Shown piece by piece: positions 42,040-58,673 of a stretch of DNA of 64,000 bases. Each line of letters starts with the position of its first letter. Within the stretch, counting starts at the first letter, position 1. This stretch comes from the human T2T-CHM13v2.0 reference genome, Homo sapiens. A program made the translations under genes and the position numbers. The notes below the pieces were generated by a model. That model was not told the DNA's origin. It worked only from the letters and a program-made list of their open reading frames with translations, and made no database searches. The stretch lies in NCBI RefSeq assembly GCF_009914755.1, contig NC_060931.1; one strand, given 5' to 3'.

Positions 42040-42362
42040 AGTTTCTTACATTTAGTGGCTTAAAACACCACAAATCTACCATTTTACAGTTCTGGGGCCC
42101 AGAAGCCCAAAACAGGTCTATTAAGGCTAAAGTCAAGGTGTCAGCAGGGCTGCATTCCTTCTGGAGACTCTATAGTGTTCCTTTAGCTTTTCCCGCTTCT
42201 AGAAGCCACCGACATTCCTTGGATCATGGCCCTTGACTCCGTCTTCAAAGCTAGAAGTGAAGCATCTTCAAATCTCCCTCTCTGATCTCTGCTTCCATCA
42301 CCACATCTCCTGCTCCAATTCTAACTGTCCTACCCTCTTTCTTTCATAAAGATCCTTGTGAT
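42040..42362. mobile_element. MLT1 (ERVL-MaLR LTR) fragment
   Basis: GTGGCTTAAAACA...TTACAGTTCTGG...AAGTCAAGGTGTCAGCAGGGCTGCATTCCTTCTGGAG...ATAAAGATCCTTGTGATT. Confidence 0.75.
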
Positions 42363-42363
42363 T

Positions 42364-42790
42364 GCTGGGCATGGTGGCTCCCACCCATAATCCCAACACT
42401 GGGAGATCAAGGCAGGAGAAACACTTGAAGCCCAAAATTTGAAAGTAGCCTGAACAACATAGTGAGATCCCACCTCTAGAAAAAAATTAAAATAAATATT
42501 AGCCGGACATGGTGGTGTGCACCTGTAGTCCCAGCTACTTGAGAGGCTGAGGTGAGATGATCAGTTTAGCCCAGGAGTTTGAGATCGGCCTGGGTGACAT
42601 AACTAAATCTCATCTCTACGAAAACGAGCTGGGTGTGGGTGACATGCATGTGTAGTCCCAGCTACTTGGGAGGCTGAGGAGGGAGAATGGCTTGATCTCA
42701 GGAGGTCAGAGCTATAGTGAGCTATGATCACATTACTGCATTCCAGTGTGGATGACACAGGGAGATTCTGTCTCAAAAAAAGAAAATAAA
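42364..42790 (+). mobile_element. Alu, three-arm composite (AluJ-like)
   Basis: Left arm, then a hybrid arm, then a right arm ending TGTCTCAAAAAAAG. Confidence 0.8.
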
Positions 42791-42794
42791 TACA

Positions 42795-44170
42795 TATTTA
42801 ATCTCTGTCCCTGGTTCCTGGCACAGAGCTTCCAAAGCTCTTACAAAGACCTCAGTGATAGACATGATAGGAGCATCTTTTGTTTTCAATATTTAGTCTT
42901 GGTCCCAGGTTTCTAACACAAGAGCCTCTAAGAACTTTGGGGGCAATCACATGATTAGAGGCTTGGAACTTTCAGCCTCATGCACTGAACTCCAGGAGGA
43001 AGAGGGGCTGAAGATTGACTTAATCACCAACGGCCAAAGATTTTACCAATCATGCTTGCATAATAAAGCCTCCATAAACACCCTGAATGGGGTTTGCAGA
43101 GCTTCTGGGGTTGCTGAACACAGGAGATGTTGGCAAGGTGGCATGTTCAACAGAGGACATGGGAGCTCTGTGCCCCTCCTAACTTACCTTGCCCTGGGCA
43201 TCTTTCTTTTCTTTTGAGACAGGGTCTGGCTCTTTTGTCCAGGCTGGAGTGCAGTGGCACAATCTCAGCTCACAGCAACCTAAGCCTCCCCAGTCCCCAG
43301 CTCAAGGCATCCTCTCGGCTCACCTTCCCTAGTAGCTGGAATAACAGATGCACAACACTGCACCCGGTTATTTATTTTTATTTTTCTAATTTTTTGTAGA
43401 GATGGGTTTTCACCATGTTGCCCAGGCTGATCTCAAACTCCTGAGTTTAAGTAATCCTCCCACCTCAGCCTCCCAAAGTGCTGGAATTACAGACATGAGC
43501 CACCGCATCCGGAAAGTACGTCTCTTTCATTGGCTGTTTCTGAGATGTATCCTTTACAATGAACCAGTAATAGGAAATGAACTGGCCAGATACGGTGGCT
43601 CACATCTGTAATCCCAGCACTTTAAGAGGCTGAGGTGGGAGGATCACTTGAGCCCAGGAATTTGTGGCCAGCCTGGGCAACACAACAAGACCCCATCTCT
43701 ACAAAAAAAAATAAAAGAAATTAGCCAGATGTGGTGGTGCAAGCATGTAGTCTCAGCTACTACGGAGGCTGAGGTGGGAGGACCACTGGAGACCTGGCAG
43801 TTGATGCTGCAATGAGCTATGACTGCACCATTGCGCACCAGCCTGTGCAACAAAATGAGAACCTGTTTCTCAGAAAAAAGAAAATAAACTGTTTTTCTGA
43901 GTTCTGTAAACCATTCTAGCAAATCATTAAACCCAAGAAGAGGGTCATTGGAAACCCTGATTTGTAACAGGTTGGACAAAAGTACAGGTGACAACCTAGG
44001 ACTTGCCACTGGCATCTGAAGTGAGGATAGTCTTGTGGGACTAAGCCCCTAACCTGTGGAGTCTGTGCTAACTCCACGTAGTGTCAGAATAAAATTGTGG
44101 GATACCCAGTTAATATCCAGAACACTGGAAAACTTGGTATACAAACTCCACACACATGTTCAGTCAAAAG
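42795..44170 (+). mobile_element. MER21-family LTR interrupted by two Alus (43210-43510 minus, 43583-43890 plus)
   Basis: GGTTCCTGGCACAGAGCT, GGCTTGGAACTTTCAGCC...GAGGGGCTGAAGATTGACTTAATCACCAA...CAATCATGC, TTGCCACTGGCATCTGAAGTG, GTAGTGTCAGAAT. Confidence 0.75.
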
Positions 44171-44239
44171 TGCATGAGCAGAGACAAACACAGGCTTTTC
44201 TTTGACCTGTCTACCTGCTTAACTGCATAGGAGAGGCAA

Positions 44240-44425
44240 TACGTGGTGCTCATGAACAAAGCAAACATTAAAGTCAGACCAGACCCAACATTTGACTCAG
44301 TCTTAATATCCAGGTGAGCTTGGGCAAATCATTCATTATCCCTAAGTCTTCATCACTTCATTCATAAAATGAGGATAACTGTGGCACCTACCTGTCATTT
44401 TGTGAGAATTAATGAGATATTATGC
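44240..44425 (+). mobile_element. MIR fragment
   Basis: GTGAGCTTGGGCAAATCATT...TAAAATGAGGATAA...CACCTACCT...TTGTGAGAATTAATGAGAT core motif. Confidence 0.7.
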
Positions 44426-45373
44426 TTGGTGTTATTGTGATCATCATACCTATTCCAAACTATTTGACAAGGACAGGGATGGATGATAACATCAAAAGAT
44501 TAGAAACTGTAGTGAGGTCTCTCAGGCAAAATTCCATACAAGCAAATTACTGTCGCTACAAAGTATTCCTGCCACACTTAATTCACCACTTCCTGAAAAA
44601 AAAAATGTGCCATCTTCATTGTTCAGGTCGTTACAGTGCTGGTTTCCCTGTCTGGGCAGCTCACTCCATCCCACCCCAGCCCATTCCCCTCCACCTCCCC
44701 CTTCCCACCCCATTCTCATACAACTCTTCCTCATCTTTCAGGACTTGGCTTCAAAAGTCACCTTAACTGGAACCTTCTCTCACCCTCCAGAAGAGCTTCC
44801 CATTGCACTTGATGCATGAACTATTATTTGATCATTTTTGAGTTATATTCCAAGTCTTTTTGTACCTGAATAACATGTTGCCCAGTCAGTCTCTCTTCCT
44901 GGACTCTGAAGTCTTTCATGGTAGATCCAGCTGGAAGTGACAAAAAGACATTCTTTTGAAATAGAACGGTGACATAGACAGAGACGTAAGTTCTTAAATG
45001 TTTTAAAGGGTATGTGAAACTTTAACTAAATTCATAGCCTTTTGGGGAACACTTAGGAGGGAAACTTACTGGGAATGTCATAAAGGATTAATTTGTATTT
45101 TATTTTTTGAGACAGAATCTCATTCTGTCACCTAGGTTGGAGTGCAGTGCTGCAATCAGGGCTCACTGCAGCCTTGACCACCTGGGCTCAGGTAATCTCA
45201 CTTAATTTTTATTTGGTTTAAAAAACTCAGTCTTGGTTGAGCGTGGTGGCTTCTGCCTGTAATCTCAACACTTTGGGAGGCTGAGAGAGGTATATTACTC
45301 GAGGCCAGCAGTTTGATATCAGCCTGGAAAACATATTAAGGCCCTGTCTCTACCAAAAAATAACAGAGTGAAT

Positions 45374-45827
45374 GTGTGGAAGACAATTTTTCCAAAGACC
45401 TGGGGTGAAGGAAATGATTTCAGGATGATTCAAGTGCATTACGTATATTGCGCACTTTATTTCTATTATTATTACATTGTAATATATAATGAAATAATTC
45501 TACAACTCACTAAAATGTAGAATCAGTGGGATCGCTGAGCTTGTTTTCCTGCAACTAGACTGTCCATCTGGGGTGATGGGAGACAGTCACCCCAGGCATT
45601 AGATCATCAGGCATTAGATTCTCATAAGGAGCATGAAACCTAGATCCCTCACATGCACATAACAGGGTTCGTGCTCCTAGGAGAATCTAATGCTGCTGCT
45701 GATATGACAGGACATCATGCTTAGGTGGTCATGCAAGTGATGGGAGGGCTAGAAATACAGATGAAGTTTTCCCTCACTCGCCTACTGTTCACCTCCGGCT
45801 CTGTGGCCCTGTGGTTGGAGACCCCTG
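45374..45827 (-). mobile_element. MER1A, second paralogous copy (one end truncated)
   Basis: GTGGAAGACAATTTTTCCA...GATTCAAGTGCATTAC...GGTTGGAGACCCCTG followed by CTAAAGTG. Confidence 0.88.
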
Positions 45828-46179
45828 CTAAAGTGCATCTGAAAGGATCCATCCCATGCCCTTCTTCAGAGTCATATTTACTGCCACAGTGTTCAAGTGT
45901 AGCACTCCTAAGCTCGCAGGGCCTATGGCTCAGCTGGCATTTCATCACAATCAACAGTAAGTGGTAGCTTGAGTCATTGTGAGGTCACTTCCTGGAAATG
46001 ACCAGCATCCCATGTCCCATTGGAAAGCAGCTGAGCACTGCTCCTTGGATAACCAAACCTATGCCCAAATCCCATCTGTGTGCGTCTATCTCCTGGAATC
46101 CTTCCTATCATCAATTCTGTATTTGTAGGAGTCCAATCAGGAGACACAAACCACTCAAAAGTTTAAACTAGAATGAGCA

Positions 46180-46812
<633 letters not shown>

Positions 46813-46897
46813 ATATTAATTTTAACAGAGGATCGGCATAATGAGGGACACACTAGCACAAATTAAAGACAACTCTACAGAATACAGAACTAGCAGA

Positions 46898-47255
<358 letters not shown>

Positions 47256-47964
47256 TCACTTGTCAGTTCTTCCTCCCACTTCCCTGTATCTTTAACCTAT
47301 CCCCCTCTTTTAGCTCCTTCCCACCATCATCTAAATTACTCAAACTTCTTCTATTTTAAAAACCTCTCCCTAAACTCAGTGTGTCCCCTGCTTTAGGTCT
47401 CCTGCACACCCACTGAGCCATCTGCTCCCCGTGGTGCCTTCTCCACACAGCAGCCTGAGCCATGTCTCTAATGCATGAATCTCATCACATTACTCCCCCA
47501 TTTACATCACTTCTCCTTGTCTCGGGGATTAAGTCCAAACTCCTTAAAAGCCCCTGCTCTGCCCTGCCTTGCAAAGCAGCCTCACTGCTTGCCCCTCTCC
47601 ATTTTACCTGCTGTGGAGTCCAGCTGAGTCTCATCTGCCCCCTGAATCAGGAATTAGATTCTCATAAGGAGCTGAATCCTGAATCCACACTCTTTCCCCT
47701 CTGGGAGTCTCTGAAGTAGGTGATGCCCTCTGCTTAAAGAGTACACTTCCCCTTAAACCTCTACTCTCTTCCTGGCTAGCTTTGGCTCCTGTCACTTGTC
47801 CGCTTTGGCATCACCTCCTCCTGGAAGCCTTCCTTGACTCTCCAGATTCTCAGGAGCATGGGAGGTGAAATGCTTCTCCCATGAATGGATGGAGATTAGT
47901 GAGTATGTATTATTCATGCTTAATTCACCAGGGCTTAGCTGAGTACCTGGCACAAAAAAGTTAC

Positions 47965-48186
47965 TGTGGTGGCCAAAGTAATGACCCCCCCGACCCCACC
48001 AATTGCTCATGTCCTATGTTACACTGCACAAATACATAGGAAGGGGGAATTAAGAGTGCAGATGAAATTAATGTTGCTAATCAGCTGACCTTAAAATAAT
48101 ATTATCCTGGAGTATCTAGAAGAGCCCATGTAATTACAAGTGTTCTTTAAATGTGGAAGAGGGAGGCAGAAAGTTAAGAACCAGAG
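47965..48186 (+). mobile_element. MLT1D-like LTR 5' fragment
   Basis: TGTGGT...GTTGCTAATCAGCTGACCTTAAAATA...ATTATCCTGGA...TAAATGTGGAAGAGGGAGGCAGAA. Confidence 0.7.
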
Positions 48187-48189
48187 ATG

Positions 48190-49902
<1,713 letters not shown>

Positions 49903-50760
49903 TGTCAGTGAAGATGTGGAGGAATTGGAACCCCACATACATTACTGGTGGGAACATAAAATCATGTAACCACTTTGCTTGGGTATTTCTTTTCTTGTCA
50001 TTTTAACTGGATTTTTAAAAAAATCAAGACAGGGTCTCACTATCTTGCCCAGGCTTGTCTTGAACTCATGGGCTCAAGCCATCCTCACAACTGAGCCTCC
50101 TGAGTAGCTAGGATTACAGCTGTGAGCCATTGCACCCAATTGGTGTAGCCACTTTAGAAAACAGTCTGGCAGTGTCTCAAAATGCTAAATGTACAGTCGT
50201 CGTATAATGCAACAATTTCACTCCTAGGCATATATCCCAGAGAAATAAAAATATATGTCCACACAAAAACTTGTCCAGCAATCTTCATAGCACCATTATT
50301 CATAATGGCCAATACATGGAAAAAACCCAAATGTCCACCAACTGATGAACAGATAAACAAAATGCAGTGTGTCTCTACCACAGAATATTATTCAGCCATA
50401 GAAGTAATGAAATATTGATACACACTATGACATAAAGGAACTTTGAAAACATTGTGCTAAGAGGGAAAAAAAGCCACAAAAGACCACATATTATACAATT
50501 CTATTTGTCCAGGTTAGGCAAATCTATAGTGACAAAAAAATGGATCAATGGTTGCCTAAGGCTGGTGGCCAAGGCAGGTCGGGGGAGTAGGAGGTAGTGG
50601 CTAAGGGGTGCGGATTTCTCTATAGAGTAATGAAAGTTTCTAAAAGTGACTGTGGTGATCGATGTACAGCTCTGGGAATACTCTAAAACCTACTGAATTG
50701 CAGATTTCAATAAATAAAGTGAATGGTATGTGAATTATATTTTAATAAAGCTATTATTTT
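49903..50760 (+). mobile_element. Old L1 (L1M/L1MB-like) 3' fragment, interrupted by an Alu arm
   Basis: AGCCACTTTAGAAAACAGTCTGGCAG, AATTTCACTCCTAGGCATATATCCCAGAGAAAT, CCCAAATGTCCACCAACTGATGAA, AATAAAGCT end. Confidence 0.8.
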
Positions 50761-50777
50761 AAATAATAATAATAAGG

Positions 50778-51087
50778 GGCTGGGCACAGGTAGTCATGCC
50801 TGCCTGTAATCCCAGCTCTTTGGGAGGCTGAGGCAGGAGGATCACTTGAGGTCAGAAGTTTGAGCCCAGTCTGAGCAACCTAGCAAGATCCCGTCTCTAT
50901 GATAAAAAAAATAAAAAAATTAGCTGGGCATGGTGGCACATGTCTGTAGTCCCAGCTACCCGGGAGACTGACATGGGAGGATTGCTTGAGCCCAGGAGTT
51001 TGAAGCTACAGTGACCCATGATCATGTCACTGTACTGCAGCCTGGGTAACAGAGCAAGACTCTGTCTCTAAAAAGGAAAGAAAAGAA
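50778..51087 (+). mobile_element. Alu (AluJ-like)
   Basis: GGCTGGGCACAG...GAGCAAGACTCTGTCTCTAAAA. Confidence 0.85.
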
Positions 51088-51393
51088 ATGCAAGTTTTTA
51101 CCACTTTGTGAGTGTAGCCAAGTTGGTGGAGAAATAGACAAGAATAAAAGGGCACTGAATAATGAAGGTGAGTGGCTGGTTAGGCTCAGTTGCTAGCTTA
51201 TCAGCTTCTAAAAAATTCATTAGTAAAGTTACAGCTCTGGGGATAGCCATGCAGTCAAAGAATGAATGCTAAATTCATTACAAATGCTCATGGTCTTTCT
51301 TTACATGCCTCCTAGTGAAAAATTCCTAAGTGTCTGAATAGCAAGTCTGCAATGATAGCAGCTGTTTACTAAAGACTACAAAAAAGAAATGGA

Positions 51394-51688
<295 letters not shown>

Positions 51689-53444
51689 TGGCATCTTCTT
51701 CAAGAATGACATAGTTTCACGATAAAAAAGTTCTAATTTTGTGTTTTGATTTGATTTAGCCAATATGACACCAATCTTGGATAAAGTGCAAACAATGCAA
51801 TTTCATTTTCTCATTAATCAAAACTGACTTGGTGGTCTAATATCAATTCTGATCTTTTAAAAAACTGATCAGATAAAAAAATTATGGAATGATGGAGCCA
51901 ATAAGGTGTTACAATTTCTTTCAAGGAGAATTTCAAAACCCACACATATCTGAGATGATCAAGTATGAGGAAACGTATTTGATTACTATATTTAAAAATA
52001 AACTGATTATATAGCCAACAACAACTGGAAAGAGGTCTCCTCATCCACAGCCACAAAAACCCGATCACACGGCTATGCGGTTGTAAGGACTGCATAGCCT
52101 AGAAGGGACTGGTCTGACTTCAGATTTCATTTCATTTGTATTTGTATTTTGAGACAGGGTCCCAGTCTGTCACCCAGGCTGGAGTGCAGTGGTATAATCA
52201 TAGCTCACTACAGCCTTCACCAACTGGGCTCCAGAGATGCTCCTGCCTCAGCTGCCCCAGTACCTGGGAATACAGGCAAGTAACACCATGTCACACTATT
52301 TTTTTCATTTTTGTAAAGAGAGAAGTCTTGCTATATTGCCCAAGCTGGCCTCAAACTCCTAGCTTCAAGAGATCTGCCTACCTCAGCCTCCTGAGTAACT
52401 GAGGCTATAGGTGCACACCACCATGCCCAGCTATATTTATTTTATTTTATTAAATTTCTTTTATTTTTGTAGAGAGGAGGTCTTGCTATGTTGCCCAGGC
52501 TGCTCTCAAACTCACGGCCTTAAAACGTACTCCCATCTCTGCCTCTCAAGCTGTTGGAACTATAGGTGTGAGACACTGCATCTGGCCTGACTTGAGACTT
52601 CTTTAATCTTGCATCCTTTACTTAGTAGGACTGAGAAAGGTAGTAGTGTTTTTTTTAATTAATAATTCAATTAGAATCAAACTCAAGCTTGACTCCCACC
52701 TTCTCTCGCAGTTCACATCCAGTCTGTCAGGAAATCCTATTGACTGACTTCAACATGTATCCAGGCTCTGACCATCTCTCACCACCACGACCCTGGTCAG
52801 GACCACTATCATCTCCCACCTGGATGTTGCCACAGCTTGGCCCCTGTGCTTCTACCCAAATCTTCCCACAGTCTTTCTCAACTCAGCAGCCAGGGGGTGC
52901 TTTTAAATCAGGAGACAGATCATGTTGCCTCTCTGCTCAGAACCACCCCACAGTTCCCATTTTAGTCAGAGTAAAAGCCAAAGCCCCAGCGATGGCCTCC
53001 CAGGGCTTACACGATCTGTACTGATCCCAGCCCAGCAACTCCCTGGCTCCTCCCCTACTTCTCTCCCTCTATCTGTTTGCTCCACTGGCCTCCTTCCAGA
53101 GCCTCAGACACACCAGGGAGTTTCCTCCCAATGCCTTTATCCTGTTGATTCAGCCTGCAGTGCTCTTCCCTCAGCACCTTGGCCAGCTCCATCACCTGCT
53201 TCAAACTTTTGCTCAATTTTCACTTATGAGGCCAACCCTGACCACTCTACTTAACATTGCCATCTGTCCCCATTTCCATCATGCTCATTTCTTTCTTTTT
53301 GAAACAGGGTCTTTCTCTATTGCCCAGGATAAAGTACAGTGGTGCAGTCACAGCTCACAGCAACCTCAACCTCTCAGGCTTAAACAATCCTCCTGCCTTG
53401 GCCTCCCTAGGAGCTGACACGCCTGGCTAATTTTTTTCAACTTT

Positions 53445-53742
53445 TTTTTTTTTTTTTTTTGAGACAGAGTCTCGCTGTCACCCAGGCTGGAGTACAGTGA
53501 TGTGATCTTGGTTCACTGAAACTTCCACCTCCTGGGTTCAAATGATTCTCCTGCCTCAGCCTCCCGAGTAGCTGGGACTACATACAGGTGCCCGCTACCA
53601 TGCCCAGCTAATTTTTGTTTTTTCAGTAGAGACGGAGTTTCACTACGTTGTTCAGGTTGGTCTTGAACCCCTGAACTCAAGTGATCCACCGCCTTGGCCT
53701 CCCAAAGTTATGGGATTACAGGCTGAGACACTGCATCTGGCC
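53445..53742 (-). mobile_element. Alu (AluS-like)
   Basis: poly-T then GAGACAGAGTCTCGCT...CTCAAGTGATCC. Confidence 0.88.
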
Positions 53743-53757
53743 CCAACCACATTTTTT

Positions 53758-54045
53758 GAGGCTTGGAACTTTCAGCCTCACTCGCTGAACTCCAGGAGGC
53801 AAAAGGGTCTGGAGATTTAACGACCAATGGCCAATGATTTTATCATGCCTCCATGAAAACCCTAAACAATACGGTTTGGAGAGCTTCTGTTTTGCTGAAC
53901 ACAAGGCGGTGCTGGAAGGGTAGTGTGCCCAACAGAGGGCATGGAAGTGCCCCTTTTCCCACTTACCTTACCCTGTGCATCTCTTTCATTGGCTGTTCCT
54001 GAGATGCAGCCTTTACATTGAGCCAGTAATAGAAAATAAACTGGC
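53758..54045 (+). mobile_element. MER21 fragment (paralog of 42958-43585)
   Basis: GAGGCTTGGAACTTTCAGCCTCA...CTCTTTCATTGGCTGTTCCTGAGATG...CCAGTAATAG.AAAT.AACTGGCCAGAT is shared with the 43-kb copy. Confidence 0.75.
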
Positions 54046-54299
54046 CAGATGTGGTCGCTCATGCCAATAATCCCAGCACTTTCCCAGATCTTTTTACCTT
54101 GGCCTCCAAGGTGGCTGGGACAACAGGCATGCATTAGTGTACCATCATACCTGGCTATTTTTTTTATTTTTAGTAGAAACAAGGTCTCACCATGTTTCCC
54201 AGGCTTGTTTCAAAATTCTGGGCTCAAGCAATCCTTTTGCCTCAGCATCTCAAAGTGCTGGGGTTACAGGTGTGGGCCATGGCCCAGCCTGGAACCATG

Positions 54300-54402
54300 C
54301 TACTTGTACAGTCTGCAGAACTGTGAGCCAAATAAACTTTTTTTCTTTATAAACTACCTAGCCTCAGGTGTTTCCTTATAGCAATGGAAAATGGACTAAT
54401 AT
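54300..54402 (+). mobile_element. MST (MaLR) LTR 3' end
   Basis: CTGCAGAACTGTGAGCCAAATAAAC...TTTATAAACTACC..GCCTCAGG...TATAGCAA...ATGGACTAATA. Confidence 0.7.
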
Positions 54403-54842
54403 AGGAATCGTATGTCAACACTTACCAGACTGTGATGAGCACAATGACAGGAGTATAGAGTGGGACTGAAACGCTCCCAAGGGGCTTCTCGTTGCATCAT
54501 AGAGAGTGAGGTGAGACATCTCAGCTGAGGCTAAAGATGAGCAAAGATGAGAGTGAAAGAGTGATGATGGGGGTAGGGAGAGGGTTTCCTCAAGGACCAG
54601 TAAAGTCCCGGAAGGAAACTGACATTCCGTGTGGCTGGAGGGTAGGTGAATTCAACTGTCATTGCAATTCAGCAACCCGCACATTTAAGTTTGTGTTTGA
54701 TTTTCAATATCAGCCCTGTGGATACAAAAAATAAGGAATTGTGTTTGGGCTATCATGGAAGCTCTCTGGATCTTAGACCGCAACTTATGCTGAGAGGTAA
54801 AGACTTGAACTTTTTGTTTTTCTCTCTGTAAGTGCTCAAGTG

Positions 54843-55341
54843 CAGCGGTCCCCAATTTTTTTGGCACCAGGGACTGGTTTTGTGGAAGACAATTTTTCCA
54901 CAGACTGGGGGCAGCAGGTCAGTTTTGGAATATTTCAAGTAAATTACATTTATTGTGTACGTTATTTCTATTATTATTATATTGTAGTATGTAATGAAAT
55001 AATTATGTAACTCACCATAATGTAGAATCAGTGGGAGTCCTGAGCTTGTTTTTCTGCAACTAGATGGTCCCATCTGGGGGTGATGTGAGACAGTCATAGA
55101 TTATCAGGCATTAGATTCTCATAAGAACGGAGCAAGGTAGATCCCTCACATGCACAGTTCACAATAGGATTCGTGCTCCTATGAGAATCTAAAGCTGCCA
55201 CTGATCTGACAGGAGCCCGAGATCAGGCAGTAATGTGGGGAGTGGCTGTAAATACAGATGAAGCTTCACTCACACACCCGCTGCTCACCTCCTGCCGTGT
55301 GGCCCAATACAGGCCTGTGACCCAGGGATTAGGGGCCCCTG
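54843..55341 (-). mobile_element. Full-length MER1A with both TIRs and an 8-bp TSD
   Basis: CAGCGGTCCCCAA...GGGGCCCCTG flanked by a perfect CTCAAGTG at 54835-54842 and 55342-55349 (hAT 8-bp TSD). Confidence 0.93.
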
Positions 55342-55765
55342 CTCAAGTGCATCCAAAAGGACCCTTCCCACACCAATCTTCATAGTGGTCAAGTGCAGCA
55401 ACTACTTAGCTCCCAAGGTATGTGCCTCAGCTGGCAATTCATCACAATCAACAGTAAGTGGTAGCTTGAGTCATTGTGAGGTCACTTCCTGGAAATGACC
55501 AGCATCCCATATCCCATTGGCAAGGAGCTCAGCGCTGCCCCTTGGATAACCAAACCTATGCCCAAATCCCATCTGTGTGGGTCCATCTCCTGGTACCCTT
55601 CCTAGCATCAATTCTTTATTTGTAGGAGTCCAATCAGGAGACACAAACCACTCGAAAATTTAAAGTGGTAAAATTCAAAACAAAAAAGTATTAATTATAA
55701 CAAGGCAACAGCATAATGAGAGATTGGCTACCAAAAAGCAAAGAGAAGGCTAGAGAACATAGGAG

Positions 55766-56135
55766 GCCAGGCATTGTACCCCCTGCTTATAATTCCAGCA
55801 ATTTCAGAAGCCAAGGCAGGAGGATTGCTTGAGGCCAGGAGTTTGAGACCAGCCTGGGAAGCACAGTGAGGCCCTGTCATTAAAAAAAACAAAACAAAAA
55901 CAAAAACAAAAACCTCCATCTCAAAAACAAATAAAAATAAATAAACAAATAAAATAAAAAATAAAAAATTTAGCTTTGCATGCTGTTGTACGTCTATAGT
56001 CCCAGCTCCTTGGGAAGCTGAGGTGGGAGTATTACTTGATCCCAGGAATATGACGCTACAGCAAGCCATGATCACACCACTGCACTGCAGCCTGAGTAAC
56101 AGAGCAAGACCCTGTCTCTACAAAGGAAAGAAAAG
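55766..56135 (+). mobile_element. Alu (AluJ-like) with an expanded A-rich linker
   Basis: Shared CCAGCAATTTCAGAAGCCAA start with the 30869 Alu; (AAAAC)n/(AAAAT)n linker. Confidence 0.85.
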
Positions 56136-56437
56136 AAATGCAAGTTTTTATCACTTTGTGAGAGTAATAAAGTTTGAGGAGAAACAGAGAAGAACAAAAG
56201 AGCACTGAATGGTGAGGGTGGGTGTCTGGTTAGGCTCAGTTACTAGCTAAGTGGCTTCTGAAAAATTCTTTAATAAAATCATATCTCTGGGGGTCAGTCA
56301 TGCAGTCAAATGATGAATGCTGAATCCATTACAAATGCCCATCGTCTTTCTTTACATGCCTTCTAGTAAAAAATTCCTAAGTGCCTAAATAGCAAGTGGT
56401 CTGAAATGATAGCAGTTGTTTATTAAAGAAATATCTT

Positions 56438-56740
<303 letters not shown>

Positions 56741-58673
56741 ATCTCGATTTTTAAAAACTATGAGTCAAATATTATTTTCCTCCTCCCATTTTACAGGGTG
56801 CAACCTAAATAACAGAGAATTTAAGTAATTTTCCTAAGTGGCAGAGCACAGATTTAAATCCTATCACTTTGGCCTCAGAATTTGTGCTTTATATTATTTT
56901 ACTATTTTAAAATTCATCTCTTTTAAAACCAAGAGACTTATGCAAAATTGTGCTAGGATTCAAAAAACGCCTCTTGCTTTTCCTGATCATGGTTGCAGGC
57001 AGGGCTCATGCTGCATTTTCTTTACTTATTTATGTCCTGCTTGGATGGAGACATGATGACAGGAGCTCCCTCCATCACCGTGCACCAGAAAGAAAAGTGA
57101 AGAGAAGCACAGGGAAGCCAGTCTTACCATGTTTGAGCAACTGAACCAATGTCAGCCTGAGCCTACCAGCACAATTACTCTTATGTGAGAAAAACAGGCA
57201 TCTCCCTATTTGGAAAATCACAGCTGACTGCAGTAGTAAACAATCCACAAGTTATTCCTGGTAACACTATTCCTACAGCCCTAATCTGTCTCAAAAAAAA
57301 AAAAATCCTAATGCAGTTATTTCCTTTTGCATTCATGAGGAGATGGAAGAAATACCCATATTTGATGGTTGGCTGGGAACTGTCTTTGGCACTGTATGAA
57401 GTATTTTAATATTGTAAACATGAAAAGATGAGAATCCTGGAGACCCCGTGGGCATGGAGAAAAGGAAGTACATTAGAGGGTGTTGTAGGAAATATTTTCA
57501 TTCCAGGCACTGCTGTTTAAACTACCCCTAAACTTTCTTTCCTTAAAAGTACAGAAAAAACAAAGAGGACAAAAGATCAAGAAACATTCCACGTGCCCCT
57601 CTCCATTCTTATTTGTTGTAATAAAGGAAAAGCATTTTGGAGATTTTCCTGAATGCAGTTTATGATGTGATCAAAGTTATTTATTTTCTGCTAATGATTT
57701 TCAAAATTTGAATTAAAAACTTTCAGAAATTTAGCTTTATCAAAGGCAGCTGTTCACATGTAAAACTAGTTTGGTTAACTTCATCTGCATAAACACATAG
57801 CTAGTGAATTAGCGTAACTATTAAACTGAAGAATCAACAGAAACATGCCAATGACTGGCCCTTACCTTCCACAGTGACCTCAATTTCAGGAAGATTTTCA
57901 TTACTCTCAGGCCTTCATGGTCTTTTTGGGGACTGAAAGTTGTAAAATAAGCACAGAATTACTTTAGTATGTTGTAGGAAAAAAATACAAAAGGAGATGT
58001 TTTATAAGAGTAGAGTATTAAAATTCATACAGTTTGACTCTTTTCGAAGAAACCTGCAGAATTAAACTTGTAGTGTAGTCCTCTACAGGCGGCTCAAAAA
58101 AGCCATGGAAACATGCATAAAGTAGGATTGCAAATGTGACATTTCCAGTGAAATTTAAAAAAAAAAAAAAAAAAAAGAAAAAGAGGTCCATTAAATAACA
58201 TAACTTAAAAAGCTAAGAAACTAACTGCAAGTCCCACAAAGATATTGGCCAATGACTCTCTATGATTTTAAGAAATGCTGATAAAGAATGTCTTAATGCA
58301 GTGAAATATAACAGGAAGTACATGTAATCTCTTACCTTTAGTGTGGCAAGTAGGAAATAATTAGTTCAAGTCAAGAAAGAATACCAAGAAATGTTATAGT
58401 AGCCAGTACAATGGTGGTCTAACAGCTAGTAAAACAGTCCTGATATGATGAGAGTTTTTTCAAAAGGAGTTCGCGGAGTCACCCTGTAATGTAACAATAA
58501 TTCCTATCATTGTGTACAAAAACCCTGACATTTCCTTCCCATGACTGGCAAGTAATTATATGAAGAATAAATTACTTCTTTCATGAAAAAGAAAATCAAC
58601 ACTAGTGTATTTTCTTCAGCCACTAAAATTCTGCAGGAACACAGATATAGTAGGAAACTCAATCATCACATCA

